A DNA stretch of 64,000 nucleotides from Deltaproteobacteria bacterium (GTDB taxonomy: Bacteria > Myxococcota_A > UBA9160 > UBA4427): positions 2,901-66,900 of the forward strand of contig NZHD01000051.1 in the NCBI GenBank assembly GCA_002691205.1, written 5' to 3'. Positions 20,886-30,779 of the stretch are shown here, one piece after another (the stretch's first letter is position 1; the number at the start of each line of letters is the position of its first letter). The position numbers and the translations under genes are program-made. The notes beneath the pieces were generated by a model that worked only from the letters and a program-made list of their open reading frames with translations, had not been told where the DNA came from and searched no databases.

Positions 20886-21203
20886 TCAGAGCACCGCTTC
20901 CTGCTTCTCTACATCGGGGTCTGGAGACTCATCGACCATCTCCTTAAGTTCCTTTCCCACTTTGAAGAACGGGGTCCTCTTCGCGCTGATCTGAACCGGC
21001 GCTCCTGTCTTTGGATTTCGCCCTTCTCGTGCCTCACGAACTTTTACCTGGAAGCTGCCGAAGCCTCGAATCTCGATGCGTTCTCCCTCCCGCAGCGACT
21101 CGATCATGGACTCAAAAATCGTATTAACAACGACCTCCGTATCCTTCTTCGAAATATGCGGAGTCCGCCGTGCGACCTCTTCGATTAGTCCGCTCTTGGT
21201 CAT
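20886..21203 (-). CDS. ihfB: Integration host factor subunit beta
   Basis: MTKSGLIEEVA ... GERIEIRGFGSF ... GRNPKTG matches IHF-beta/HU-family signatures. Conserved rpsA-ihfB synteny. Confidence 0.85.
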   Translation of the reverse strand: MTKSGLIEEVARRTPHISKKDTEVVVNTIFESMIESLREGERIEIRGFGSFQVKVREAREGRNPKTGAPVQISAKRTPFFKVGKELKEMVDESPDPDVEKQEAVL

Positions 21204-21306
21204 CTCTATCCCCTGTCAGTGCCCACTCGCCACAATCTGCCCCCAGTCGGTCCTCAGCTCTCCCCTGGACAGACCCTTCTTCATTCTTTCCGCCGGCGGG
21301 CCAACG

Positions 21307-21340
21307 TGCCCCTCTCCTCGTATCTCAAAGGAGAGGGGCA
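21307..21340 (-). terminator. Strong GC stem-loop between rpsA and ihfB (partial terminator/attenuator or RNA-stability element)
   Basis: Perfect 10-bp inverted repeat GCCCCTCTCC (21308-21317) / GGAGAGGGGC (21330-21339) with a 12-nt loop, starting 6 nt after the rpsA stop. No U-tract follows on the minus strand, so it is not a canonical intrinsic terminator. Confidence 0.45.
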
Positions 21341-21345
21341 TGCCT

Positions 21346-23049
21346 TTATTCCTCGTCCGCCTTAGCCGCCAGCTTCTCAGCCAACAGATCACCGAGCGTG
21401 GTGGTCTGACTCTGAGATTCCTTCACGGCCAGCTCCTTAAGTGCCGCACGCTCCGCCTTATCGCCTACCGCACGAATAGACAACGACACCTTCTGCTCCG
21501 CTGGATCCACCTTGACAACCAGGGCCTTCACTTCAGCGCCCACCTCAAAGTGTTCGGCCGGATTCTCGATCCGATCGGCCGCCAACTCTGAGCTGTAGAC
21601 CAACCCCTCGATGCCTTCATCGAGTTTCACGAAAACACCGAAGTCCGTCACGCTCGTCACCGGCCCAACGACCTCCGTGCCAACGGGATACTTAATTCGA
21701 ATCCCGTCCCACGGATTGGGCTCCAGCTGCTTGATTCCCAGGGAGAATTTTTCATTCTCCTTGTCGATTTTGAGGACAATCGCCTCGACTTCTTCCCCCT
21801 TTTCATATTTCTCACTGGGGTGCTTGATCTGCTCAGTCCACGAAATATCGGAAACATGAACCAAACCATCGATTCCTTCTTCAAGCCCGATAAAGATTCC
21901 GAAGTTCGTGATATTCCGAATGGTCCCATTGACATGGGCACCCACCGGATACTTCTCTTCGATGAGAGTCCACGGGTTATCCTCGGTCTGCTTCATACCA
22001 AGAGAGATTTTCCGGTTGCCTTCATCGACATCCAGAACCACAGCTTCCACATCATCTCCCACGGAAACAATCTTGGAAGGATGCTTCACTCTCTTCGTCC
22101 ACGACATCTCAGAGACATGCACCAAGCCTTCAATGCCCGCCTCGAGTTCAATAAAGGCCCCATAATCGGTCAAGGACACAATTTTGCCGCTCAGGCGTTT
22201 GCCGAGAGGATACCGGAGGGCCGCATCCACCCATGGATCTGGCTGAATCTGCTTAAGGCCCAGAGACACCCGCTCATTCTCCGGATCGAATTTAAGAACC
22301 TTCACCTTGATCTCATCGCCCACACCAAAAAGCTCACTTGGGTGATTGATGCGCCCCCATGACATATCAGTCACGTGAAGCAGACCGTCGATGCCACCCA
22401 GATCGATAAAGGCGCCATAATCCGTCAGGTTCTTAATCACACCGTCTAGAATCTGACCCGAAGAAAGCGTACCCAAGGTGCTTTCCCGCATCTTACGGCG
22501 TTCCGTCTCAAGCAAAGCGCGACGAGAAAGCACAATATTCCCGCGACGCTTGTTGAACTTGATGATCTTGAAAGTCACTCTTTCGCCGATCATTCCGTCC
22601 AAGTTTCGCATGGGGCGCAAATCGACCTGAGATCCAGGGAGGAATGCCTTTACACCGATATCCACCGAGAGGCCGCCCTTCACACGAGCAACGATCACAC
22701 CTTCCACCGGTTCTTCTCGATCGTAGGCGTTGCTAATCTCGTCCCAGACTTTCAGGCGTTCCGCTTTTTCTTTCGAGAGAACGATTCGCCCACTTTCATC
22801 CTCAGCATCTTCGACCAGGACCTCAACGGTGTCGCCGGGCCCAAATTGCAGGTTGCCGTCGTCATCCATGAATTCCCACGAAGCGATAATCCCTTCGGAT
22901 TTAAATCCCACATCGACCGTCACAAAATCATCATCGATTGAAAGAATCTTACCCTGGGCCAGTTCGCCCTCTTTAACTTCTGTCGTCATGCTGTTGAAAA
23001 TGTCAGCGAAACTTTCTCCCGCCTGATCTGTCGTACTTGTATCACTCAT
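21346..23049 (-). CDS. rpsA: 30S ribosomal protein S1
   Basis: 567 aa with six S1 repeats (recurrent G.V..IT/LTDYGAFI.L..GIEGL.H.SE.SW pattern). AGGAG RBS upstream. Confidence 0.95.
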   Translation of the reverse strand: MSDTSTTDQAGESFADIFNSMTTEVKEGELAQGKILSIDDDFVTVDVGFKSEGIIASWEFMDDDGNLQFGPGDTVEVLVEDAEDESGRIVLSKEKAERLKVWDEISNAYDREEPVEGVIVARVKGGLSVDIGVKAFLPGSQVDLRPMRNLDGMIGERVTFKIIKFNKRRGNIVLSRRALLETERRKMRESTLGTLSSGQILDGVIKNLTDYGAFIDLGGIDGLLHVTDMSWGRINHPSELFGVGDEIKVKVLKFDPENERVSLGLKQIQPDPWVDAALRYPLGKRLSGKIVSLTDYGAFIELEAGIEGLVHVSEMSWTKRVKHPSKIVSVGDDVEAVVLDVDEGNRKISLGMKQTEDNPWTLIEEKYPVGAHVNGTIRNITNFGIFIGLEEGIDGLVHVSDISWTEQIKHPSEKYEKGEEVEAIVLKIDKENEKFSLGIKQLEPNPWDGIRIKYPVGTEVVGPVTSVTDFGVFVKLDEGIEGLVYSSELAADRIENPAEHFEVGAEVKALVVKVDPAEQKVSLSIRAVGDKAERAALKELAVKESQSQTTTLGDLLAEKLAAKADEE

Positions 23050-23090
23050 ACTTTTTTTAAAACTCCTAGGGTGGCCGACTCTGGGTCAGC

Positions 23091-24014
23091 CTAAATTTCC
23101 GAGTTAACGACCCCGGATCGGACGTTCGCGCGCAAGGCCTCCCCCGTTGATGGCGATGGCCGGACGGCCACTGCTTCCAACGCGTGAGCACCTCGCGCAA
23201 GAAACTTTTCTTGCGCTTCAAGATCACCTGATTCGATGGAGCCTCCAAGCTCTTCGAGCGAACCCGCGAAAGCCCGAAGGACTTCAGCCACGGCTTTTCG
23301 ATTCGTATTCAGGATCTCACTCCACATCCCGGGATCGCTCCGAGCGATCCGGGTAAAATCTCTAAAGCCACTGCCCGCAAGTGCGGTGGCCGTCTCAGGC
23401 GCACCTTCCAACGCGTGGGCAAAGGCAAAAGCCAGAGCGTGCGGGACATGACTGACCCACGCCACCTCACGATCGTGATTGGCCGGATTTCGCAACACCA
23501 CATCTGCCCCGAGGGATCGCCAAAACTGAGCGACGCGCTCAGCAGCGGACTCAGGCACTCCCTCTCCCGCTGAAATCACACATGGAGCCCCTACAAAAAG
23601 GTCTGCATGGGCGTGAGAAGCGCCTCGTTCATGCCCTCCCGCCATGGGGTGGGCCCCGACATAATGGACTCCGCGTGGCAAAAGGCCAGGAAGTGTGGCG
23701 GCGAGCACCTCTTTAACGCTGCCTAGATCAGTCACAAGCGCTCCAGGCTCCAGATCAGGAGCCGCCTCGGCGAGCACAGAAGGCATGGCGCCCACAGGCG
23801 TCGCCAATACCAGTAAATCAGCATCCTTCACGCAAGAGGCAATATCGCCGATCTCATCCACGACTCCTTCTTGCAAGGCTTGACGCAAGGGAGCCTGCGA
23901 CCGACTTGCGGCCACAACCCGGTCGGCGACACCACGTGCTCGCGCCGCCAATCCCACCGAGCCTCCCAACAAGCCCAGGCCCAGGATCGCGACTTTGCGA
24001 AAGCTTGAGCTCAC
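23091..24014 (-). CDS. tyrA: Prephenate dehydrogenase
   Basis: Rossmann motif VAILGLGLLGGSVGLA and the GAHPMAG motif. Overlaps the hisC stop by 4 nt. Confidence 0.8.
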   Translation of the reverse strand: MSSSFRKVAILGLGLLGGSVGLAARARGVADRVVAASRSQAPLRQALQEGVVDEIGDIASCVKDADLLVLATPVGAMPSVLAEAAPDLEPGALVTDLGSVKEVLAATLPGLLPRGVHYVGAHPMAGGHERGASHAHADLFVGAPCVISAGEGVPESAAERVAQFWRSLGADVVLRNPANHDREVAWVSHVPHALAFAFAHALEGAPETATALAGSGFRDFTRIARSDPGMWSEILNTNRKAVAEVLRAFAGSLEELGGSIESGDLEAQEKFLARGAHALEAVAVRPSPSTGEALRANVRSGVVNSEI

Positions 24015-25126
24015 GAGACCCCCGTCTCAGGATTGGCGCCTTGCACTATTTCCTGCACAGCTTTGATCAATTTTTCATTCTCTTCAGGGCGACCGATGGA
24101 AATGCGGATGTGATCGGAGAGACCAAAGCCTTGCATGGGCCGAACAATCACACCTCGCTTCAGCAGTGTTTGATCAAAGCCAGGACCCATTTTGACCAAA
24201 ATAAAATTCGCATCCGTGGGCACGACCTCAAACCCCAGTGCTGTGAGCTCACTGGTCAGATATTCGATCCCTTGCCCGTTTAGGGCACGAGTGTCGCGTA
24301 CGTGATCCGTGTCCTCCAGAGCCGCGCATGCACCCGCCTCAGCCAAACTGTTCACATTAAAGGGGTGTCGGGCTCGCTCAAGCAAACCGACCAACTCGGG
24401 AGAGCCGATTCCGTACCCCACTCGCAAACCTGCGAGTCCGTAGATTTTGGAAAATGTTCGCAGCACCAAGGTGGCCGGCCTTTCCCGTATAAGCTTCACG
24501 CTCTCAGGAAAATCCTCTCGGCGAACATACTCAAAGTACGCCTCATCGATGACCAACAACGTTTCGTGAGGCAATTCGGCGACGAAATCCGCGAGAGCAG
24601 AGGCCCCAAAACTAGTCCCGGTCGGATTATTCGGATTGCACACAAAGACCATTTTTGTTCGATCCGTGAGGGCCGCTTTCAACCCCTCAAAATCATGACC
24701 CAAAGAAGCATCCAAAGGTACCTTGATCGAGGTGCCCCCCATCCCCGTCACTACAATTGGGTACATGGCGAAAGAAGGCCAAGGCATCACGGCCTCGTCG
24801 CCCGGAGCGATAAAGGTCTTCACCAAGAGTTCAAGAATTTCGTCGGCGCCCGCGCCAAAGACCAACTGATCCGTCCCCACGCCCAAACTGCGAGCCAGAC
24901 GATCCCGAAGCGCAAAGCAACCTCCATCTGGATAACGATGAATCGAAGCCGCAGCCTCATGCACGGCCGCCAAAGCTAAAGGTGAAGGTCCCAGCGGGTT
25001 CTCGTTGGAAGCCAATTTAACGGCGCCCTTAATCCCGAGTTCTCGCTCGACTTCTTCGATGGGCCGCCCTGGCGCATAGGGAGACAACTGACGAATATGG
25101 GGATTGGCCAGCTCTTCAAGTTTCAT
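24011..25126 (-). CDS. hisC: Histidinol-phosphate / aromatic aminotransferase
   Basis: KLASNENPLGPSP, NPNNPTG and a TFSKIYGLAGLRVGY PLP-lysine motif. Confidence 0.85.
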   Translation of the reverse strand: MKLEELANPHIRQLSPYAPGRPIEEVERELGIKGAVKLASNENPLGPSPLALAAVHEAAASIHRYPDGGCFALRDRLARSLGVGTDQLVFGAGADEILELLVKTFIAPGDEAVMPWPSFAMYPIVVTGMGGTSIKVPLDASLGHDFEGLKAALTDRTKMVFVCNPNNPTGTSFGASALADFVAELPHETLLVIDEAYFEYVRREDFPESVKLIRERPATLVLRTFSKIYGLAGLRVGYGIGSPELVGLLERARHPFNVNSLAEAGACAALEDTDHVRDTRALNGQGIEYLTSELTALGFEVVPTDANFILVKMGPGFDQTLLKRGVIVRPMQGFGLSDHIRISIGRPEENEKLIKAVQEIVQGANPETGVS

Positions 25127-26298
25127 TTTGCCCCTCGCTGACGAGGAGTTCTAGCCCCCGCTGAATACGCCCTCGGAAACGAACCTAAATTCTTATATGA
25201 ATTCGAAAAGTCCGCAGCCTCATCGAGAGCTTTGCCTACATGGTCCATGCTCTCATGTCCCTCTAGATCGATGAAGAACACATACTCCCAGGGCTTCCCC
25301 TTCATCGGTCGAGACTGCACCGAAGCCAAGTTCACGCCGTTTCTCGAAAAGGGCTCCAGGAGTCGGTGAAGAGCGCCAGGTTGATCGCGACCCACCGTAA
25401 AGGCCACAGAGGTTAGATCGTTTCCGCTGGCCTTGGGCATCTCTCGGCCCACTACGGCAAAGCGAGTGGTGTTCCCCCGACTGTCCTCGATCCCTTCGGC
25501 CACAAACTGAAGCCCATACGTCTCCGCAGCGATTGCGCTTCCGATGGCCGCCATGCTGCCATCGTCAGCCGACGCTTTCGCGGCCGCGGCCGTACTCGAC
25601 GTATCCACCACCTCAGCCGAGGGCAAATGGGTCCGTAGCCAATGGCGACACTGAGCTACAGCTTGAGGAATCGAAGCCACCCGAACAATATCCTCAATCC
25701 GACCGTTCTTTGAAAGCAAGTTCTGCGAGACCCTCACCATGATTTCACCACAGATGGTCACGTCGCTTTCCATCAATGCATCAAAGGTCGGGTTGACCGT
25801 CCCATCAATGGAATTTTCAAGGGGAATCACACCGAAGTGGGTATCGCCCCGCTCCGTCGTTTTCAAAACATCCTCAAGTTGAGGCACCGCGCACAAGTCG
25901 ACCTGAGTTCCAAATTGGGATACCGCGGCTTGATGGCTAAAGGTCCCGGCCGGCCCTAAGTAAGCCACCCGAACTCTCTCTTCAAGGGACCTCGTCGCCG
26001 AAACAATCTCTCTGAAGACAGGCGCGATCCCGGCATCGGGGAAAGGGCCCGAGTTCGTATCACGCAACGCGTTCACGAGATCTCTTTCACGGCTGGCGAC
26101 ATACACGGGGCTCACAGCACTGCCCTGCTTTAACAAACCCACCTCTTTCACCAGCGAAGCTCTCTCGTTGAGACAAGCCAGAGTTCGAGCATCGACTTCG
26201 TCAATGGCCTGACGCAACCGGTCCAGTTCCCGCTCGGCTCTCTCCTCGGAGTGCGCTGAGCTGTCCACTGATTCTCTTTTTTGCTTGGCCTCGACCAT
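25123..26298 (-). CDS. pheA: Bifunctional chorismate mutase / prephenate dehydratase (P-protein)
   Basis: CM domain (LDRLRQAIDEVDARTLACLNERASL), PDT domain (VAYLGPAGTFSHQAA ... NTTRF) and a C-terminal ACT domain. Confidence 0.9.
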   Translation of the reverse strand: MVEAKQKRESVDSSAHSEERAERELDRLRQAIDEVDARTLACLNERASLVKEVGLLKQGSAVSPVYVASRERDLVNALRDTNSGPFPDAGIAPVFREIVSATRSLEERVRVAYLGPAGTFSHQAAVSQFGTQVDLCAVPQLEDVLKTTERGDTHFGVIPLENSIDGTVNPTFDALMESDVTICGEIMVRVSQNLLSKNGRIEDIVRVASIPQAVAQCRHWLRTHLPSAEVVDTSSTAAAAKASADDGSMAAIGSAIAAETYGLQFVAEGIEDSRGNTTRFAVVGREMPKASGNDLTSVAFTVGRDQPGALHRLLEPFSRNGVNLASVQSRPMKGKPWEYVFFIDLEGHESMDHVGKALDEAADFSNSYKNLGSFPRAYSAGARTPRQRGAK

Positions 26299-26671
26299 GA
26301 CTCGCCCTTGATCCTACGGTTTTGAATGGGGAGGAATCGGATCCTTCCGGCGTCCACAGGAGCCTTACTTTGAACGAAAGATCCGTCTAAAACTCATATG
26401 AGGCGCAGAACACGATTTGCCGAGAAATGGCCAAAACCCGCTAACCCCCCGAAAAAACAGCGACAATATATCCAAGCGTGTGCAGCGTGGCAAATGCAGA
26501 TCGTTGAATTTCACCTTCCGTAACGGGGGTTTATCCATTTATCAGCCCCGCGAAGCGTCAAAACAGCCAGCCGTCGGATAAACAGGCCCTCTGGCGGCCC
26601 TCTGAAGTTTTTAAGCTCTAGAAAACAACCGGAATCCCCGCGCCGAATCCTGCCTGCGATATGGTCCTCCT

Positions 26672-27304
26672 ATGACTCAACTGATTGGCCTCTCAGGAGG
26701 AATCGGCTCAGGAAAAACCAGCGTGCGCCAGATGCTTGAGGAGCTGGGGGCTCAAACGATTTGTGCAGACCAAGTGGTCCATGAACTTCAAGCGGCCGGA
26801 GCCCCCATGCTCGACGTCTTGGCTGAAGAATTCGGCCCCGAGATCCTCGCGTCGGATGGCTCCCTAAACCGTAAAGCCCTGGGAGATGTGGTCTTCAGGG
26901 ATGCCAAAGCCCGAGCGCGACTCGGCGCCATCGTCCATCCACCCGTGGTCGCGGAAATCGCGCGACGAACCCGCTCGGCCATGGAAAGCCAGGTTCCCGT
27001 GGCGGTGGTCGATATCCCTCTATTGTTCGAAGGAATTCAGAATCAAACAGGCAGTGCCATCGCTCTTCAGTACGACGCCCTGGTTCTCGTCTGGGTGCCT
27101 GCGGAGACGCAGATTCAAAGAACGGTTAAACGCGACAGCTGCACGGTGGAAGAAGCCGAAAGACGTGTCGCGGCCCAAATGCCCATCGACGATAAACGCC
27201 CACTGGCCACTCACATCATCGATAATTCGGGCCCCTTGTCCAAAACCGCAGAACAAGTCCAAAGTCTGTGGGAACAATGGAGTCGCCAAGAGGCTCCTTC
27301 GTAA
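26672..27304 (+). CDS. coaE: Dephospho-CoA kinase
   Basis: IGLSGGIGSGKTSV P-loop followed by DADQVVHEL-like context. Length is about 200 aa. Confidence 0.9.
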   Translation: MTQLIGLSGGIGSGKTSVRQMLEELGAQTICADQVVHELQAAGAPMLDVLAEEFGPEILASDGSLNRKALGDVVFRDAKARARLGAIVHPPVVAEIARRTRSAMESQVPVAVVDIPLLFEGIQNQTGSAIALQYDALVLVWVPAETQIQRTVKRDSCTVEEAERRVAAQMPIDDKRPLATHIIDNSGPLSKTAEQVQSLWEQWSRQEAPS

Positions 27305-27507
27305 GTCCCTCAAGTTCAATCTCAATCAACCGATCCATTTCTTGAGGTCATATCACCAACGAAGACGCGACCTCTGCCCACTTTGAATGCAGGCCTGCCA
27401 ATCCATTGGGCGGCCATGTGAACTACACTCACAGAAGCGCCGGCACGCGACGGACTCGATTGGCACACGCCTTGCTTAGTTACACCGTCATCTAACGGAG
27501 AATTAAA

Positions 27508-29076
27508 TTGCCCAGTTACATGTATGATCGATTATCAGCTCAGGACAATTCCTTCCTCGTGGTAGAGACCGACCATGTGCCCATGCATGTCGCAGCCATT
27601 GGGATCTACCTAACCGCTGACTTGGCCGGTCCCCATGGAGGGGTCGATGTACGCCGATTCAAACGAGCCCTTGAAGCGCAGCTCCATAGAATTCCTCGCT
27701 ATCGGCAGAAGTTAAAGTGGGTGCCCATCGAACAGCGACCTGTCTGGGTCGACGACGAACACTTCAACATCGACTATCACGTACGACACGCCGCACTTCC
27801 TCAGCCGGGAGGCGTAGATGAACTCAAAAAGCTCACCGCTCGCATTACCACGCGACAACTGGACCGAACACGTCCTCTATGGGAAATGTGGTTAATCGAA
27901 GGACTGTCCGAGGGGCGATTCGCCATGGTGACGAAGATCCATCACTGCATGGTGGATGGACAGTCCGGGGCGGATGTCGCACAAATCCTCATGTCACCCA
28001 GTCCAGAGCATGAGCCCAAAGAACCTCGGCCATTCCGACCTCGCCCCTCGCCGAGCGGAAACGAACTGCTTTGGGATGCCGTCCAGCGCAGGCTTACCTT
28101 GCCGGCCAAAATGCTGGGGGAACTGGCCCAGTTTCGGGATCAAACCGACCACCTTACCCAGGAAGTGAGCACACGGGTCAAAGCGGTCGTAGACCTAGCG
28201 ACGTGGGGACTCGCCCCGGCGTCAGGCACCCCTCTCAACGGTCCATTGGGCCCCCACCGAAGAGTGGACTGGCTCACCCTACCGCTCGCGGACGTCAAAA
28301 AAGTCAAAGACAGCCTTAACTGCACCGTCAACGACGTGGTTTTGGGAACCGTCTCAGGAGCGGTTCGCCAATACCTGCTACATCGCGGCGTCAACCCAGA
28401 CCAGATTAATTTTCGCGTCTCGACCCCTGTCAGCGTTCGTAAACAAGAAGAACAAGGAAAACTCGGGAACCGGGTATCGGCCTGGATCATTTCACTCCCC
28501 CTCGACGAATCCGATCCACTCAAGTGGGTTTCGCGTGTGCATGAGGCGACGACGAAGCTCAAAGAGAACCGCCAAGCCCTCGCTGTAGACATGGTCATGG
28601 CCGTCGCCGAGTACCTTCCCCCAAGTTGGATGGGGCTCGCCGCACAGGCGGCCTCCGGCCCCATCAACATGATTGTGACGAATGTCGCCGGCCCTCAATT
28701 CCCCCTCTACCTATTGGGAGCCGAACTTCTGGAGTTTCACCCATTGGTTCCTCTTATGGACGGAACTGGACTCGGAATCGCTCTCATGAGCTACGACGGC
28801 AAACTCCACATCGGCCTCAATGCAGACTATGAGATGGTCCCCGACATTGGCATTCTGACGGCTCTTCTGGCACAGGCCTTCATGGCGATATCGGACGCAT
28901 CTCTTTCAGAGAAACCCAAAAAAAACGAATCCATCAAGAAGAAAATGAAGTCGTCTCGTACTCACTCTGAAGAGCCTCCGGCCAGCGTCGCGACTCCCCT
29001 CTCTGCGGTGCCGTCCCCCGAACCCACTCTGGTTCATTCGCCCAGTCATTCACTAAATCAATCGCTGAAGACCTAA
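27508..29076 (+). CDS. Wax ester synthase / diacylglycerol acyltransferase (WS/DGAT) family
   Basis: Catalytic HHxxxDG motif (KIHHCMVDGQSG). N-terminal LSAQDNSFL and C-terminal NVAGPQFPLYLLGA motifs. TTG 27508 lies 7 nt after a GGAG. ATG 27520 is an alternative start. Confidence 0.8.
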   Translation: MPSYMYDRLSAQDNSFLVVETDHVPMHVAAIGIYLTADLAGPHGGVDVRRFKRALEAQLHRIPRYRQKLKWVPIEQRPVWVDDEHFNIDYHVRHAALPQPGGVDELKKLTARITTRQLDRTRPLWEMWLIEGLSEGRFAMVTKIHHCMVDGQSGADVAQILMSPSPEHEPKEPRPFRPRPSPSGNELLWDAVQRRLTLPAKMLGELAQFRDQTDHLTQEVSTRVKAVVDLATWGLAPASGTPLNGPLGPHRRVDWLTLPLADVKKVKDSLNCTVNDVVLGTVSGAVRQYLLHRGVNPDQINFRVSTPVSVRKQEEQGKLGNRVSAWIISLPLDESDPLKWVSRVHEATTKLKENRQALAVDMVMAVAEYLPPSWMGLAAQAASGPINMIVTNVAGPQFPLYLLGAELLEFHPLVPLMDGTGLGIALMSYDGKLHIGLNADYEMVPDIGILTALLAQAFMAISDASLSEKPKKNESIKKKMKSSRTHSEEPPASVATPLSAVPSPEPTLVHSPSHSLNQSLKT

Positions 29077-29337
29077 GCGAGACCCGAACGCAAAACCTTC
29101 AGACCAGACGATCCACCCTGGGATGGCAGATGGAAACCTTCGGGGCCAAGAAAATAAACCTGTTGAGCCTAGCCGTCTCAGTGCGTCCTGAATCATCTCC
29201 ACCCGACGTTCCAAGACTCCGCCTAGGCAAATCGAGCCATTCAGACCGCAACGCGTCCTGCCGCACCACTGCTCATGGGTTCTCTGAATGCCTAAAAAAG
29301 AGGAACCCGCGATCTGATGAAAGGACCGCCGCCGGAC

Positions 29338-29973
29338 CTACGACTCAGAGACCCCGTGGCGCTTGACCGCCTCAACAAAAGCCCTCATCAGCGCTGGATC
29401 TTTCTTTGAGCCCGGCCCCTCCACGCCTGTCGCGACATCGACTCCCCAAGGCGGAATATCACCGAGGTCGGAAAGGGCTTCTCCGACATTGTCCGGCGTC
29501 AAACCACCCGCAACGATGACGTCGTGTCCATGCGCGATCAGATCCTCGGCTTCGCTCCAATCCCAAGCCTGCCCTTTTCCGCCACCCTCGTGTGGGTGAT
29601 CGAGCAAAAGAATCGCGCTGGGGTAAGCCTCGGCCGCCTCTTGATCGGCTCCCCGAATGGCTTTAATGGCGGGCAAGTCAATGGACTCAATGTCTTCCTC
29701 GCTCTCTTGCCCGTGAAACTGTATGCGGTCGAATTCGACTCGACGAAGAACCGTATCGATCTCGTCCCACGTTGCGTCCTGAAACAGGGCGACGCGCTCT
29801 ACGGGAAATTCGGCCAGCGCCTCAGAGATCAATTCCGCGACCCGCAAATCTACAAACCGCGAAGATTCAGGGACAAAATTAATGCCTACGAGGTCCGCGC
29901 CGGCTTCGACGGCCCCCAAAGCTTCCTCCACCGACTGCACGCCACAAATTTTGATCCGAACGCTCTCGCTCAC
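29338..29973 (-). CDS. trpF: Phosphoribosylanthranilate isomerase
   Basis: IKICGVQSVEEALGAVEAGADLVGINF is the typical TrpF N-terminus. Overlaps the trpC stop by 4 nt. Confidence 0.85.
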   Translation of the reverse strand: MSESVRIKICGVQSVEEALGAVEAGADLVGINFVPESSRFVDLRVAELISEALAEFPVERVALFQDATWDEIDTVLRRVEFDRIQFHGQESEEDIESIDLPAIKAIRGADQEAAEAYPSAILLLDHPHEGGGKGQAWDWSEAEDLIAHGHDVIVAGGLTPDNVGEALSDLGDIPPWGVDVATGVEGPGSKKDPALMRAFVEAVKRHGVSES

Positions 29974-30779
29974 TGATTCCTCCGCAATTCATTCAACGCC
30001 GTCTTCACATCGGGTTGTCGCATCAAAGATTCTCCCACCAAAAAAGCTCTAGCCCCGACAAGCTCCAAACGATCGATGTCTTGAGTGTGGTGGATCCCGC
30101 TCTCCGCCACCAGCAAAACGTCCTGATCTGGCCCAAGAAGGCCCGCCAGACGCTCCGTCACCGCTAAATCGACTTCAAAAGTCCGTAGATTTCGATTATT
30201 TACGCCCAGCAGAGGGGCTCCACATTCCAGAGCCTGCGCCAGTTCTTGCTCATCGTGCACTTCCACAAGCACGTCTAAGCCCAGCTCAACAGCCCGAGCG
30301 TAAAGAGAGGCTAAATCTGAAGGGGTCAGAGCCGCCACGATCAAAAGAACCGCATCGGCCCCGGCCCACCTCGCTTCATCAATCTGATAAGGGTCGATCA
30401 CAAAATCCTTGCGCAGAACCGGCAAATTCACGGCCGCTCGTGCCGACTTCAGAAATTCAAGATCGCCACCAAAGAAAGACTCATCGGTCAAAACGGAAAG
30501 GGCTGCGGCCCCTCCCTCCTCGTATCCTCGAGCCAGTGCCACCGGATCGAAATCTTCTCTAATGAGACCGCGACTCGGAGACCTGCGCTTAATCTCAGCG
30601 ATGATGGCCGGGGACGCACTGGCACTCAAAGCAGCCCGAAAGCCCCGCGGAGCCTCGCTCACGGACTCCGCCCGATCTCGCATCTCCACAGCCGACACCA
30701 CAGCGGTCGCCTCGATCAACTCCTCACGTTTTTTATCCAAAATCTTGTCTAAAATCGTCAAGACCTTAGGCCCCCACAT
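29970..30779 (-). CDS. trpC: Indole-3-glycerol phosphate synthase
   Basis: IIAEIKRRSPSRG, LRKDFVIDPYQI and LLIVAAL motifs. Confidence 0.9.
   Translation of the reverse strand: MWGPKVLTILDKILDKKREELIEATAVVSAVEMRDRAESVSEAPRGFRAALSASASPAIIAEIKRRSPSRGLIREDFDPVALARGYEEGGAAALSVLTDESFFGGDLEFLKSARAAVNLPVLRKDFVIDPYQIDEARWAGADAVLLIVAALTPSDLASLYARAVELGLDVLVEVHDEQELAQALECGAPLLGVNNRNLRTFEVDLAVTERLAGLLGPDQDVLLVAESGIHHTQDIDRLELVGARAFLVGESLMRQPDVKTALNELRRNQ

Noticed and set aside
26340-26400. pheA leader peptide (pheL-like)
   Set aside because: The only mini-ORF on the pheA strand encodes MSFRRIFRSK (2 Phe in 10 residues) and is not followed by an attenuator structure.
29130-29366. 78-aa ORF in the convergent gap between the WS/DGAT gene and trpF
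   Set aside because: It has no RBS and no recognisable motif, its composition is Arg/Ser/Pro-biased, and it overlaps the trpF 3-prime end.
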